Part shown: positions 20,356-33,127 of the stretch, piece after piece
Layout of the letters: every line of letters starts with the position of its first letter
How positions within the stretch are numbered: position 1 is the stretch's first letter
NCBI GenBank assembly: GCA_024742455.1
Contig: JANSYL010000012.1
Location: 17,849 to 81,848, forward strand
DNA from: Paracoccaceae bacterium
GTDB lineage: Bacteria; Pseudomonadota; Alphaproteobacteria; Rhodobacterales; Rhodobacteraceae
Direction: 5' to 3'
Length of the DNA: 64,000 bases
Translations under genes and position numbers: made by a program
Notes under the pieces: model-generated
Database searches by the model: none
Seen by the model: the letters and a program-made list of their open reading frames with translations, nothing else
What the model was told of the DNA's origin: nothing

Positions 20356-20376
20356 TTGGACAGACATGTTGTCCAA
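20356..20376. promoter_or_regulatory. Inverted repeat TTGGACA-N7-TGTCCAA in the carD upstream region
   Basis: Perfect 7-bp arms can be read directly. The repeat lies in a lower-GC non-coding stretch about 140-160 nt upstream of the carD start. Confidence 0.25.
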
Positions 20377-20535
20377 TTCAGATAGCACAAAAATCGCGCA
20401 TTTCAAAGTTCGCTGCGCGTGGACACCCTGTTTCCCCAATGAAACAAGGGGTTTGAACGGATCAACGCCGCGTCGCAGCGGCAGGATCGTATCCTCGACT
20501 CCGCCCGGTCACCCCGAATCGGGCGCCCCGCCCCG

Positions 20536-20871
20536 TCAGCCGCCCTCGCCCGGGGCCTCGGAAAACATCTCCATCTTTCCGTCCTTGCCGTCATTGTCAT
20601 CGGCATCAGGCAGCGGGTCCTTCTTGGTGATGATCACCGGCCATGCCTCGGAATACTTGCGGTTGAACTCCACCCATTTCTCCATGTCCGGCTCGGTATC
20701 TGGCCGGATCGCATCGGCGGGGCATTCCGGCTCGCACACACCGCAATCGATGCATTCATCGGGATGGATGACCAGCATGTTCTCGCCTTCGTAAAAGCAG
20801 TCCACGGGGCACACTTCGACACAATCTGTGTATTTGCAGGCGATGCAGTTTTCCGTCACGACATAGGTCAT
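20536..20871 (-). CDS. fdxA: 7Fe ferredoxin (FdxA type)
   Basis: [29 protein letters not shown] and [12 protein letters not shown] are the [3Fe-4S]/[4Fe-4S] cluster motifs. Confidence 0.93.
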   Translation of the reverse strand: MTYVVTENCIACKYTDCVEVCPVDCFYEGENMLVIHPDECIDCGVCEPECPADAIRPDTEPDMEKWVEFNRKYSEAWPVIITKKDPLPDADDNDGKDGKMEMFSEAPGEGG

Positions 20872-21015
20872 GGGGGTCCTCGGCTGGTCTGTCCGGGGGG
20901 TGAGTTAGGCCAGCACCACGATGGGTGCAAGCCTAACCCGGTCCGGTCGTTCATCCATGCGCGAATGTAAACTTTGGTTTACAGTTTGCAAGCCCGGATC
21001 GACCCCGGCCTGCGG

Positions 21016-21386
21016 TCAATCCGCCGCACTTTCCCGGTCGCGGTCGGCCTCCAGCGCACGGCGCGCTTTCTTGGTCGGGCGCGGGCCGACACGCAGGGGC
21101 GGCGGGGCGCCGGGTTCGGGCGGGCTGAGATCGGTATAAAGCGCCTGGGCCTCGGGCGCAGGGCCACGCCGGGTGGCCGGCGCCTCGATACGGATCACCC
21201 GGATCGCGCGGGCCTGCGCAAAGGTCAGCACATCGCCTGATCCAACGGCAGTCGCGGGCTTGCTGACCTTGTCGCCATTCACCCGCACCGCCCCTGCCGC
21301 GACCAGCTTCGTGGCCAGGCTGCGCGTCTTGAAGAACCGCGCCTTCCACAGCCACTTGTCCAGCCGGTCGGTAGGGCGGGGATCGG

Positions 21387-21390
<4 letters not shown>
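21016..21390 (-). CDS. RNA-binding S4 domain protein (Hsp15-like); 5' end uncertain because there is no canonical start codon
   Basis: The S4 motif RLDKWLWKARFFKTRSLATKLV lies upstream of the first GTG (21288) in this frame. The only plausible initiator is the CTG at 21390-21388, which overlaps the helicase TGA stop. Confidence 0.65.
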
Positions 21391-24275
<2,885 letters not shown>

Positions 24276-24314
24276 TGGTGGACACCCCCTCGCCGACGAT
24301 ACGCCCCTGTCAGC

Positions 24315-24869
24315 TCAGAGCGCGATGCCGTCGAGCTCCCGCTCGATCCGTTCTATGGCCCCAGTTATTTCCTGGCGGTGCGGATGTATAGCCTCGGCCA
24401 TGCGAAACGCCTCGAGCGCGCGCGCGTATTCGCCCATCTCCTCCAGCATGATGCCAAGCCCCATCAGCGCCCCGTAATGACGTGGCTCCAGCGCCAGGGT
24501 GCGCTGGATATCGGCGATGGCGGGGCCGAAGCGCTGGCTCTGGAAAAACAGCGTTGCCCGGGCGTTCCAGCCCTCGGCGAACTCGGGAGCATGATCGGTC
24601 AGGGCGGTCAGGTGATTGTAGGCCGCGTCGAAATCGCCCTCCTCCATCGCGGCCACGCCCCGTCGCAGCAGGTAATCGGCCGTGGCAGAGCCCGACCGGG
24701 ACCAAAGCATGTTGATCTCCTGCTCGACCAGTTCCCAGTTGCGCAGATCAGGCCTGGCCAGCCGGTCGAACAGGTCATCAAGGCGTGCGTCATCCGCCCA
24801 GGCCATGCCGGAGGCCAGGCTGAAACCTGCCGCGAGGACAGCGTTGTTAAACGCGCGTAACAGTCGCAT
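24315..24869 (-). CDS. Tetratricopeptide-repeat protein, exported
   Basis: The signal-like N-terminus MRLLRAFNNAVLAAGFSLASGMAWA is followed by TPR-like repeats (AYNHLTAL..., ALEPRHYGALMGLGIMLEEMGEYARALEAF). The start was moved to 24869. Confidence 0.7.
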   Translation of the reverse strand: MRLLRAFNNAVLAAGFSLASGMAWADDARLDDLFDRLARPDLRNWELVEQEINMLWSRSGSATADYLLRRGVAAMEEGDFDAAYNHLTALTDHAPEFAEGWNARATLFFQSQRFGPAIADIQRTLALEPRHYGALMGLGIMLEEMGEYARALEAFRMAEAIHPHRQEITGAIERIERELDGIAL

Positions 24870-24963
24870 GGTGACAAGGGTAGCATCCCCGCCGCCGGGG
24901 TCCATATCAAAGCTTGGCGAGCGGATAGGACAGGACAATTGGGCAAGATGGGAGCGTGAAACC

Positions 24964-25257
24964 ATGGCAAGTGCAGTCATCGAGGCGGCGGTCAGCGCGA
25001 TCGCGGAAAAAATCGACGGGTTCGACGGCAGCGCGAAATTCGTCATCGACGGCGAAGGCGCGGTGATCGTCGACGGCGCGGGTGTGCGCGAAGCCGCAGA
25101 TGGCGACGAGGCCGATGTCACCATGACCGCCGATGCCGACACCTTTCAGGAAATCCTGTCGGGTGATCTGAACCCCACCGCCGCCTTCATGTCGGGCAAG
25201 CTCAAGCTTGATGGCGACATGGGCACGGCGATGAAACTGGGCTCGGCGCTCAGCTGA
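24964..25257 (+). CDS. SCP2 sterol-binding domain protein
   Basis: DADTFQEILSGDLNPTAAFMSGKLKLDGDMGTAMKL is the conserved SCP2 C-terminal segment. The start was set at MASAVIEAAV. Confidence 0.8.
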   Translation: MASAVIEAAVSAIAEKIDGFDGSAKFVIDGEGAVIVDGAGVREAADGDEADVTMTADADTFQEILSGDLNPTAAFMSGKLKLDGDMGTAMKLGSALS

Positions 25258-25268
25258 CGGGGCCGGGC

Positions 25269-26210
25269 ATGCCCGAACCCTTTTCCGACGCCCCGTTTCT
25301 TGCCGATGTGGCCGAAGGGCCCGAGGGCGGGCGCGCCGTCTGGACGCAAGCGGCCGATGGCACCAGGCTGCGCATCGGTGTCTGGCCGGACGGTGCCAAG
25401 GGCACGGTGGTCATGCTGCCGGGCCGCACCGAATACATCGAAAAATACGGCCGCGTCGCCGCGGATTTCGCGGCGGCGGGTTACGCGATGGCCGCCATCG
25501 ACTGGCGCGGGCAGGGCCTGTCGGACCGCCCGCAGCACCGCCGCGACATGGGCCATGTGGTCAGCTTCGATGAATACCGCGAGGATGTTACGGCCCTTGT
25601 CGATGTGCTGATCCGGCTCAACCTGCCGCGCCCCTGGCATATGCTGGCCCATTCGATGGGCGGCTGCATCGGGCTCAGGGCGCTGCATGACGGGGCACCC
25701 GTGGCCACGGCGGCCTTCAGCGCGCCGATGTGGGGCATCAAGATGACCCCGTTTCTGAAATCCATCTCGACCATCGTGCTGGGCCTGGCCGAACCGCTCG
25801 GGCTCGATACCTCTTTTGCCCCCACGACCGGTCCCTACACGCCGATGGCATTCGACGACAACCCGCTGACCGCCGACCGGGACCAGTTCGACTACATGAT
25901 GCGGCAGACGCAAATGCACCCGGCACTGACCCTCGGCGGCCCCTCGGTCAGATGGGTGAAGGCCGCGCTGGAGGAATGCGCGGCGCTGATGGAGATGGCC
26001 CCGCCCGACCTGCCCGCACTGGCGATGGTCGGCACGCGGGAGCGGGTGGTGGAGATCGGGGCGATCGAGGCGCGCGCGGCGTCCTGGCCGTCCTGCGACC
26101 TGCTGGTCCTCGAGGGGGCGGAGCATGAATTGTTGATGGAAACACCCGAGCGCCGGGCGCAGGCCTTCGAGGCGGTGTTGCGGCTGTTCCAGAACGCAAA
26201 AGCTGTCTGA
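25269..26210 (+). CDS. Alpha/beta hydrolase (lysophospholipase-like)
   Basis: Has the nucleophile elbow AHSMGG. The length and the oxyanion region MLPGRTEYIEKY resemble lysophospholipase L2-type enzymes. Confidence 0.75.
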   Translation: MPEPFSDAPFLADVAEGPEGGRAVWTQAADGTRLRIGVWPDGAKGTVVMLPGRTEYIEKYGRVAADFAAAGYAMAAIDWRGQGLSDRPQHRRDMGHVVSFDEYREDVTALVDVLIRLNLPRPWHMLAHSMGGCIGLRALHDGAPVATAAFSAPMWGIKMTPFLKSISTIVLGLAEPLGLDTSFAPTTGPYTPMAFDDNPLTADRDQFDYMMRQTQMHPALTLGGPSVRWVKAALEECAALMEMAPPDLPALAMVGTRERVVEIGAIEARAASWPSCDLLVLEGAEHELLMETPERRAQAFEAVLRLFQNAKAV

Positions 26211-26243
26211 CCGCCCTGCGCGCGGCGAAGCTGCAGGGCGATC

Positions 26244-26927
26244 CTACCCCGCCACCAGCCGCCCGCCTTCCAGGCGCACGATCCGGTCCATCCGCGCGGC
26301 CAGCGCAGGGTTATGCGTGGCGATCAGAGCGGCCATCCCCGTCTCCCGCACCAGCCCCATCAGCGCGTCGAACACCGTATCGGACGTGGTCGGGTCCAGG
26401 TTGCCGGTCGGCTCATCGGCCAGAAGCAGTTGCGGTCCGTTCGCCACCGCCCGGCAGAACGCCACCCGCTGCTGTTCGCCCCCGGACAATTCCGCAGGCC
26501 GGTGACCGGCCCGCGCCGTCATCCCGACCGAGGCCAGCAATGCCGCCGCCCGGTCCGCCGCCGCACCCGCGCTGACGCCATGGGCCAGTTGCGGCAGGAT
26601 CACGTTCTCGGCGGCCGAGAACTCGGGCAGCAGATGGTGGAACTGGTAGACGAACCCAACCGCACCACGCCGCGTCGCGGTCCGGGCCCGGTCGCCCGCG
26701 CCGGTCATGTCATGGCCCGCGATCTCGACCGTGCCGCCATCGGGCGTGTCCAGAAGCCCGGCGATATGCAGCAGCGTCGATTTCCCCGCCCCCGAGGGCG
26801 CGACCAGGGCCACAACCTCGCCCGGGGCCACGGACAGGTCGGCCCCTTCCAGCACCTTCACCTCATTGGGCCGACCGGGATTGTACCGCTTCTCAAGCCC
26901 CGCCAGCCGCAGCACCGCCTCACTCAT
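26244..26927 (-). CDS. lolD: Lipoprotein-releasing ABC transporter ATP-binding protein
   Basis: Has Walker [10 protein letters not shown], the signature LSGGEQQRV and Walker B LLLADEP. It overlaps the upstream permease gene by 8 nt. Confidence 0.88.
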   Translation of the reverse strand: MSEAVLRLAGLEKRYNPGRPNEVKVLEGADLSVAPGEVVALVAPSGAGKSTLLHIAGLLDTPDGGTVEIAGHDMTGAGDRARTATRRGAVGFVYQFHHLLPEFSAAENVILPQLAHGVSAGAAADRAAALLASVGMTARAGHRPAELSGGEQQRVAFCRAVANGPQLLLADEPTGNLDPTTSDTVFDALMGLVRETGMAALIATHNPALAARMDRIVRLEGGRLVAG

Positions 26928-28203
26928 AGCGCAGCGCCTCGACCGGGTTCATCCGCGCCGCGCGGCGCGCAGGAAGGATGGTGACGGCAAAGCTCAGGCC
27001 CAGCGACAGCGCCACCGCCGACAGCACGTCCTCAAGCTCCAGCCGCGCGGGCAGTTCCGAGATCAACCTTATCGACGGGTCCCACACCCCGCCGCCGGCG
27101 ATAAAATTCACCGCATTGAAAATCGGGTCGATCCAGATCGCGAAGGCACAGCCAAGCGCCACGCCCGCCGCCGTGCCCGCCACCCCGATCACCGATCCGC
27201 AGATGAAGAACACGCGCATGACCGATCCCTCGCTCAACCCCATCGTGCGCAGGATGCCGATATCGCGGGACTTGTTCTTCACCAGCATCACCAGACCGGA
27301 CACGATGTTCATCGTCGCGATCAGCACGAGGATCGACAGGATGATGAACATGATGTTGTCTTCCATCTGCAGCGCCTGAAGGAAGGCGCCGGAACTGTCC
27401 TGCCAGGTCCAGATCGTCACGTCGCCGCCCGCCGCCTGCAGCACCGGGAAGATCAGGGCGTTCACCTCTTCGGGGTTCTCGACGATCACCTCGATCTCGT
27501 CGGCGACGCCGTCGCGGTTGAAGTAACTCTGCGCCTCGGCAAACGGCATGTAGACGCGGACCCGGTCGATATCCCACCGTCCGACCTGAAAGATATACAC
27601 GACCTCGTAGGCGCCGACGCGGGGGCTGGTGCCGAAGGCCGTGCGCGCGCCGTCGGGTGAGATCAGGCGGATGCTGTCACCCACGCCCAACCCCAACTCG
27701 CGCGCCACGCCGGACCCGATGGCGACCCCGTCGGCGAACCGGGCGATGTCACCCTCCTGTCGTTCCGGGTTGGCCACCAGCGGCACGCGCGCCAAGTCCT
27801 CACCCGCGATCCCGATCACCTCGACGCCCGCGTTGCGGCCGCGATGCGTGGCCATCACCTGCCCCCGGATCACCGGCGCGGCATGGACGACACCGGGCAC
27901 CCCGGCCACCGCTGCGGCGATCGGGGCAAAATTCTCAAGCCTGCGGTCCGCCATGCCCGAGGCCGACACCTCCACCTGATCATAGACGCTGATATGCGGG
28001 TTCGCGCCCAGGATCGTGCCCACGAATTCATACCGGAACCCCGACCTTACGGCGAGCGTGGCGATCAGGGCCATGACCGCCAGCATGATGCCCAGGAAAC
28101 TGATCCAGGTCATCACGCTGACCCCGCCCTCGGCGCGGCGGGCGCGCAGGTAACGCCAGGCGATCAGAAACTCGAACCGGGAAAACGGGGGGGGCGTGGC
28201 CAC
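26920..28203 (-). CDS. Lipoprotein-releasing ABC transporter permease (LolC/LolE family)
   Basis: [14 protein letters not shown] is the typical LolCE N-terminus. The protein has a MacB-like periplasmic domain plus a C-terminal FtsX-type domain. Confidence 0.88.
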   Translation of the reverse strand: MATPPPFSRFEFLIAWRYLRARRAEGGVSVMTWISFLGIMLAVMALIATLAVRSGFRYEFVGTILGANPHISVYDQVEVSASGMADRRLENFAPIAAAVAGVPGVVHAAPVIRGQVMATHRGRNAGVEVIGIAGEDLARVPLVANPERQEGDIARFADGVAIGSGVARELGLGVGDSIRLISPDGARTAFGTSPRVGAYEVVYIFQVGRWDIDRVRVYMPFAEAQSYFNRDGVADEIEVIVENPEEVNALIFPVLQAAGGDVTIWTWQDSSGAFLQALQMEDNIMFIILSILVLIATMNIVSGLVMLVKNKSRDIGILRTMGLSEGSVMRVFFICGSVIGVAGTAAGVALGCAFAIWIDPIFNAVNFIAGGGVWDPSIRLISELPARLELEDVLSAVALSLGLSFAVTILPARRAARMNPVEALRYE

Positions 28204-28321
28204 GGGCTGCTCCTTTTGTCGTTGCCGCGCAAGGTGGGCAGTTTGTCCCCCCTGTCAAGGACCGCCCGGCTTGACCCCATGGCGGTTTCCCGTCCATCTG
28301 CACCGATCAGGGGAGACAGAC

Positions 28322-29446
28322 ATGTATCAGCCCGCCATCACCGGCTCAGGCGTGTTCACGCCGTCCCAGACCATCACGAATGACGAACTGGTCGCCGCCT
28401 TCAACGCATATGCCGACAGGTGGAACGCCGAACATGCCGCGGCGATCGCGGCGGGCGAGGTCGAGGCCAAGGCGCATTCGTCGTCGGAATTCATCCTCGC
28501 GGCCTCGGGCATCGAACAACGCTACGTGATGGACAAATCCGGCGTGCTGGACCCCGGCGTGATGCACCCCTGGCTGCCCGAACGCGGCATGGACGAGGCG
28601 TCGGTCATGGCCGAGATGGGGGTGGCCGCCTGCCGCGCCGCGCTGGACATGGCCGGTGTCGATGCGGCGGATGTCGATGCGGTGATCTGCGCCGCGTCGA
28701 ACCATGAACGCGCCTATCCGGCCATCGCCATCGAGATCCAGCAGATCCTGGGCACCGGCGGGTTCGGTTTTGACATGAACGTGGCCTGTTCCTCGGCCAC
28801 CTTCGGCATCCAGGCCGCCGCCGACATGATCCGGTCCGGCTCGATCAAACGCGCGCTGGTCGTGAACCCCGAGATCTGCTCGGCGCACCTCGAATGGCGC
28901 GACCGGGATTGCCATTTCATCTTCGGCGACGTGGCCACGGCAGTCCTGATCGAACGCGATGACCTTGCGACGGGGCCGCGCTTCAGGGTCCGCTCCACCC
29001 GCTGCGCCACGCAGTTTTCGAACAATATCCGCAACAATGACGGCTTCCTGCGTCGGACTCGAAAGGGCCACATGGAAGACCGCCGCGACATGCAGTTCAT
29101 GCAGAACGGGCGCAAGGTGTTCAAGGAAGTGCTGCCACTGGTGTCGCAACACATCGCCGGGCATATGGCCGACGAAGGCGTGGCGGCGGGTGATCTCAAA
29201 CGCCTCTGGCTGCACCAGGCCAACAAGACGATGAACGACTATATCGGCAGAAAGGTTCTGGGCCGCGACCCGGAACCGGGCGAACAACCCAATATCCTGC
29301 AGGACTACGCCAATACATCCTCTGCCGGATCGATCATCGCCTTCGCGCAGAACTCGGCCGATCTGACGCCCGGCGACACCGGGCTGATCTGTTCCTTCGG
29401 GGCGGGCTATTCGGTGGGGTCGGTGATCGTCGACCGGGTGGGCTGA
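28322..29446 (+). CDS. Beta-ketoacyl-ACP synthase III family protein (long FabH-like form)
   Basis: Has the active-site region FDMNVACSSATFG and the C-terminal HQAN and GAGYS motifs of KAS III / thiolase-fold enzymes. The start was set at MYQPAITGSG. Confidence 0.8.
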   Translation: MYQPAITGSGVFTPSQTITNDELVAAFNAYADRWNAEHAAAIAAGEVEAKAHSSSEFILAASGIEQRYVMDKSGVLDPGVMHPWLPERGMDEASVMAEMGVAACRAALDMAGVDAADVDAVICAASNHERAYPAIAIEIQQILGTGGFGFDMNVACSSATFGIQAAADMIRSGSIKRALVVNPEICSAHLEWRDRDCHFIFGDVATAVLIERDDLATGPRFRVRSTRCATQFSNNIRNNDGFLRRTRKGHMEDRRDMQFMQNGRKVFKEVLPLVSQHIAGHMADEGVAAGDLKRLWLHQANKTMNDYIGRKVLGRDPEPGEQPNILQDYANTSSAGSIIAFAQNSADLTPGDTGLICSFGAGYSVGSVIVDRVG

Positions 29447-29592
29447 GCGGCAGCTCAGCAAGGGGTCGGAAGGACATCAGCGCCTGAAGCGTTATATTTC
29501 CATAACTCGACCCGCTGCCCAATCCTGATCGCCTGATTTACCCCGTCGCAGGCCGCTTGCGCGCGCCCCGCCCATCCGGCAAGACCAAGCCC

Positions 29593-30180
29593 ATGGCCAA
29601 GCTCTATTTCCATTACTCCACGATGAATGCAGGCAAATCGACCCTGCTGCTGCAGGCCTCCTACAATTACATCGAACGCGGGATGCAGACCTATCTTCTG
29701 ACCGCCAATTTCGATGACCGGGCGGGCGTGGGCAGGATCGGCAGCCGGATCGGGATCGAGGCCGAGGCCGATACCTACGCCAAGGACACCGACCTGTTCG
29801 CGATGATCGCCGCCCGGCTGGACGCCGGGCCCTGTGCCTGTGTGCTGATCGACGAGGCGCAATGGATGACCCGCGACCAGGTCTGGCAACTGGCCCGGGC
29901 GGTCGACGATCTGGGCGTGCCGGTCATGTGTTACGGGCTGCGCGTCGATTTCCGGGGCGAGCTGTTCCCCGGCTCCGCCGCGCTTCTGGCGCTGGCCGAC
30001 GAGATGCGCGAGGTGCGCACGATCTGCCATTGCGGGCGGAAGGCCACGATGGTGATCCGGGTGGATGCCGAGGGACGCGCCCTGACCGAGGGCGCGCAGA
30101 TCGAGGTGGGCGGGAATGACCGTTATATCTCGCTCTGCCGCAAGCATTTCCGCGAGGCGGTTGGCGACCGGACCGCGTAA
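29593..30180 (+). CDS. tdk: Thymidine kinase
   Basis: MAKLYFHYSTMNAGKSTLLLQ carries the P-loop, and the C-terminal zinc ribbon CHCGRKA...LCRKH is present. Confidence 0.93.
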   Translation: MAKLYFHYSTMNAGKSTLLLQASYNYIERGMQTYLLTANFDDRAGVGRIGSRIGIEAEADTYAKDTDLFAMIAARLDAGPCACVLIDEAQWMTRDQVWQLARAVDDLGVPVMCYGLRVDFRGELFPGSAALLALADEMREVRTICHCGRKATMVIRVDAEGRALTEGAQIEVGGNDRYISLCRKHFREAVGDRTA

Positions 30181-30270
30181 GGGGGCAACGCCGGGGCTCG
30201 GGCCGCGTTGCAGCCCTCGCCCCGGCGTGACGGGCTGCGCCCTTGGAAGTATTTCCGGCAAGAAGAAGGG

Positions 30271-31221
30271 TCAGACGGGGTTCGGCAACGGGCGGCCTTC
30301 GGCATGGGCCATGACGTTGTCGAGCGCCATACGGCCCATCGCCTCGCGCACCTCCAGCGCAGCCGTGCCGAGATGAGGGAGGAGGGTGACGTTTTCCATC
30401 GCGACCAGCGCATCGGGGATAGCCGGTTCGAATTCATACACGTCGAGGCCCGCGGCGGCGATGACCCCGGTCCGAAGCGCCGTGATCAGGGCAGCCTCGT
30501 CCACCACGTCGCCGCGCGCGATGTTAATGAAGATCGCATGGGGCTGCATGGCCGATAGCGCCGTGGCGTCGATCAGGTGGTGGGTGTCGGCGCCGCCGGG
30601 GGTGGCGATCACCACGAAATCGGCGGCGGCCAGAGCGTCCTGCAACGGCAATTGGGTGGCCGGGAAATCGACGGATTTCTCAGACCTGTTGGCATAGACG
30701 ATCCGGCAGCCGAAGCCGAAATGGCAGCGCCGCGCGATGGCCTGCCCGATCCGGCCCATGCCGATGATCGCGACCGTTTTTCCCGTGACATGCAGGCCGA
30801 GCATCTGGGTGGGGTGCCAGCCATCCCACGCGCCCGCGCGCACCAGACGCTCCCCTTCTCCCGCGCGGCGCGCGGTCATCAGGATCAGCGTCATGGCGAT
30901 ATCGGCAGTCGCATCGGTGACGGCGCCGGGGGTGTTGGCAACGGCGACGCCCGCAGCGGTGGCCGCGGCCACGTCGATATGGTTGTAGCCCACCCCGAAA
31001 TTGGCCAGCAGCCTGCAGCGCGGGGTCGGGACGGCGGCAAAGGCATCGGCCGTGAAGGCATCGGCCAGCGTAGGGATCACCGCGTCCTGTTCGGCCAGGG
31101 CAGCGACGCATTCATCCAGCGTCATCGGCGCGGTTGTCGGGCGGCAAGTCACGTCGAAGCGCGCCCTGGCGGCGGCCATGACTGTTTCGGGTAGGCGGCG
31201 GGAGATCAGGAGCTTCATCAA
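30271..31221 (-). CDS. D-isomer-specific 2-hydroxyacid dehydrogenase (glyoxylate/hydroxypyruvate reductase type)
   Basis: Has the NAD-binding motif GKTVAIIGMGRIGQAIA and catalytic residues in the INIARG...D and PHLGTA motifs. Confidence 0.85.
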   Translation of the reverse strand: MMKLLISRRLPETVMAAARARFDVTCRPTTAPMTLDECVAALAEQDAVIPTLADAFTADAFAAVPTPRCRLLANFGVGYNHIDVAAATAAGVAVANTPGAVTDATADIAMTLILMTARRAGEGERLVRAGAWDGWHPTQMLGLHVTGKTVAIIGMGRIGQAIARRCHFGFGCRIVYANRSEKSVDFPATQLPLQDALAAADFVVIATPGGADTHHLIDATALSAMQPHAIFINIARGDVVDEAALITALRTGVIAAAGLDVYEFEPAIPDALVAMENVTLLPHLGTAALEVREAMGRMALDNVMAHAEGRPLPNPV

Positions 31222-31559
31222 TGCATTCTCTCGCCGTTCGAGACCGGGTGATCGGGGGCCAGCAGCACGATACTGCCATCGGGGTCGCTGACGCCGAGCA
31301 CAAGAACCTCGGACCGCATCGGCCCGATCTGGCGCGGCGGAAAGTTCACGACGGCCATCACCTGTTTGCCGACCAGCGTTTCGGGAGCGTAGCGGGCGGT
31401 GATCTGGGCCGAGCTTTTCTTTTCCCCGATTTCCGGGCCGAAATCGATCCAGAGCTTGATAGCGGGTTTGCGCGCCTCGGGGAAGGGTTCGGCGCGCGTG
31501 ACGGTGCCGCAGCGGATATCGACCCTGAGGAAATCGTCGTAGGTGATGGGGTCTGTCAT
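31218..31559 (-). CDS. csaA: tRNA-binding protein (CsaA / EMAP-domain)
   Basis: FLRVDIRCGTVTRAEPFPEARKPAIKLWIDFG...KSSAQIT matches CsaA. It overlaps both flanking genes by 4 nt, indicating an operon. Confidence 0.8.
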   Translation of the reverse strand: MTDPITYDDFLRVDIRCGTVTRAEPFPEARKPAIKLWIDFGPEIGEKKSSAQITARYAPETLVGKQVMAVVNFPPRQIGPMRSEVLVLGVSDPDGSIVLLAPDHPVSNGERMH

Positions 31560-32371
31560 CCGCGCAATTCCCGGCTGCGGGCAGCGGCGGCGGCCACGGT
31601 GCGGCGCATCAGGGGGTCCAGCCCGTCCGCCGCGTTCATCAGCACCTCCAGCCCTGCCTGCGTCGTGCCATTGGGCGAGGTGACGTTGATGCGCAATTGC
31701 TCGGGGGTTTCGTCCGCGGCCTCGGCCAGGGCACCGGCCCCGGCGACGGTGGCCTTGGCCAGTTGCATCGCCAGATCATCGGGCAAGCCTTCGGCCCGGG
31801 CGGCGGCCGCCAGCGCGTCGATCATGTAGAAGACGTAAGCGGGGCCGGAGCCGGAGACGCCGGTGACGGCGTCGATCTGGTCCTCGGTCTCAAGCCTGAC
31901 GACCTGCCCGATAGACGATAACAACCCCTCGGCCAGATCGGCATCGGCCACAGTTGCCACCCCATTGCCGATGATCGCGGTTATCCCCTTGCCAATGGCG
32001 GCGGGGGTATTGGGCATGGCGCGGATCACGCGGGTCTTTTCGCCCAAAGCCGCCTCAAAGGCCGCGATGGGCGTGCCCGCAGCGACGGACAGGAGAAGCG
32101 TGCCACCCCCGCCGAAAGGCGCAAGCATCGGCAGAGCCTCTGCCATCATCTGCGGTTTGACGGCGACCATGGCGACAGCAGGATCGGCAGGCAGATCTGC
32201 GTTGAGATGCACGCCCTGCCCCGCTACCCAATCGGACGGGTGCGGATCGACAATATGGACATCGCGCGCAGGCAGGCCCGCCGCCAGCCACCCGGCCAGC
32301 ATCGCGGACCCCATCTTGCCGCAGCCCAGCATCACCAGCCCACGGCCCTCGATCGCAGAAAAATCCATCAT
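31556..32371 (-). CDS. proC: Pyrroline-5-carboxylate reductase
   Basis: Has the N-terminal motif MLGCGKMGSAMLAGW and the C-terminal motif VTSPNGTTQAGLEVL, typical of ProC. Confidence 0.92.
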   Translation of the reverse strand: MMDFSAIEGRGLVMLGCGKMGSAMLAGWLAAGLPARDVHIVDPHPSDWVAGQGVHLNADLPADPAVAMVAVKPQMMAEALPMLAPFGGGGTLLLSVAAGTPIAAFEAALGEKTRVIRAMPNTPAAIGKGITAIIGNGVATVADADLAEGLLSSIGQVVRLETEDQIDAVTGVSGSGPAYVFYMIDALAAAARAEGLPDDLAMQLAKATVAGAGALAEAADETPEQLRINVTSPNGTTQAGLEVLMNAADGLDPLMRRTVAAAAARSRELRG

Positions 32372-32395
32372 CCCCCCAAGGTCGGCGGGGTGAGG

Positions 32396-32899
32396 TTAGG
32401 CGCGGCCGAAACTCTCCGCAATGGCGACCTGCATGGCTTCTTCGGGGGTGCGGTTGCCCCAGCAGGCCAGCTGGAAGGCCGGGTAATAGCGCTCGGCGGC
32501 CAGAACGGCGGTTTCGACCATGCAGGCGATCTGATCCGCGGTGGCCAGTTGTTCGCCTGCCAGCACCAGACCGTAGCGGTAGACCATCATCTTCTGCGCG
32601 GCCCAATAGGTGAACGCGCCCGCCCAGCAGCGGTCGTTGGTCAGGTTCAGGGTCTCGTAGAGGCGGGGCAGCGTGTCTTCGGGCGGCTCCATCTCGAAGG
32701 TGCAGATCATGCGCAGCGTTTCGTCATAGGCCGACCAGGCCAGCGTGATCGAATATGTCCGCCACTGCCCCTCGATCGCCATGGCGATCTGATCGTCGGC
32801 GACGCGGTCGAAATCCCAATCGTGATGGGTGGCCAGCGTCTCGACGATATCGATCGGGTGGAGGTCTTCGATGTGAAGATACTGTTCTGCGTGCGACAT
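32396..32899 (-). CDS. YbjN domain-containing protein
   Basis: HPIDIVETLATHHDWDFDRVADDQIAMAIEGQWRTYSITLAW resembles the YbjN family (putative sensory-transduction regulator). This is recall only. Confidence 0.65.
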   Translation of the reverse strand: MSHAEQYLHIEDLHPIDIVETLATHHDWDFDRVADDQIAMAIEGQWRTYSITLAWSAYDETLRMICTFEMEPPEDTLPRLYETLNLTNDRCWAGAFTYWAAQKMMVYRYGLVLAGEQLATADQIACMVETAVLAAERYYPAFQLACWGNRTPEEAMQVAIAESFGRA

Positions 32900-33127
32900 T
32901 GCCCAGGCCTCGTGTCATTGACAGCTTTTCGCGGGCCTGGCCGGGACCAAGACGCCCACCAAAAACTGGGTGTCTTTTTGCGGGAACCCCACGATGTAGC
33001 GTTCCCTTACTAAATACCGTGCGCCGTGGGGCTGAAGGTGTAAAGCATAATTTTTGTGACGGAACGCAGGCAAGCCGCCCTATGGCGGCTTACTCACAAG
33101 ATAATGCGGATAGGCGCGAGGAAGCGG

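Noticed and set aside
32900-33127. A possible sRNA gene upstream of ybjN: TTGACA at about 32918 followed by an imperfect hairpin with TTTTT at about 32951-32980.
   Set aside because: No acceptable -10 element sits at the right spacing. The hairpin has a mismatch and only about 7 bp. The evidence is too thin without transcript data.
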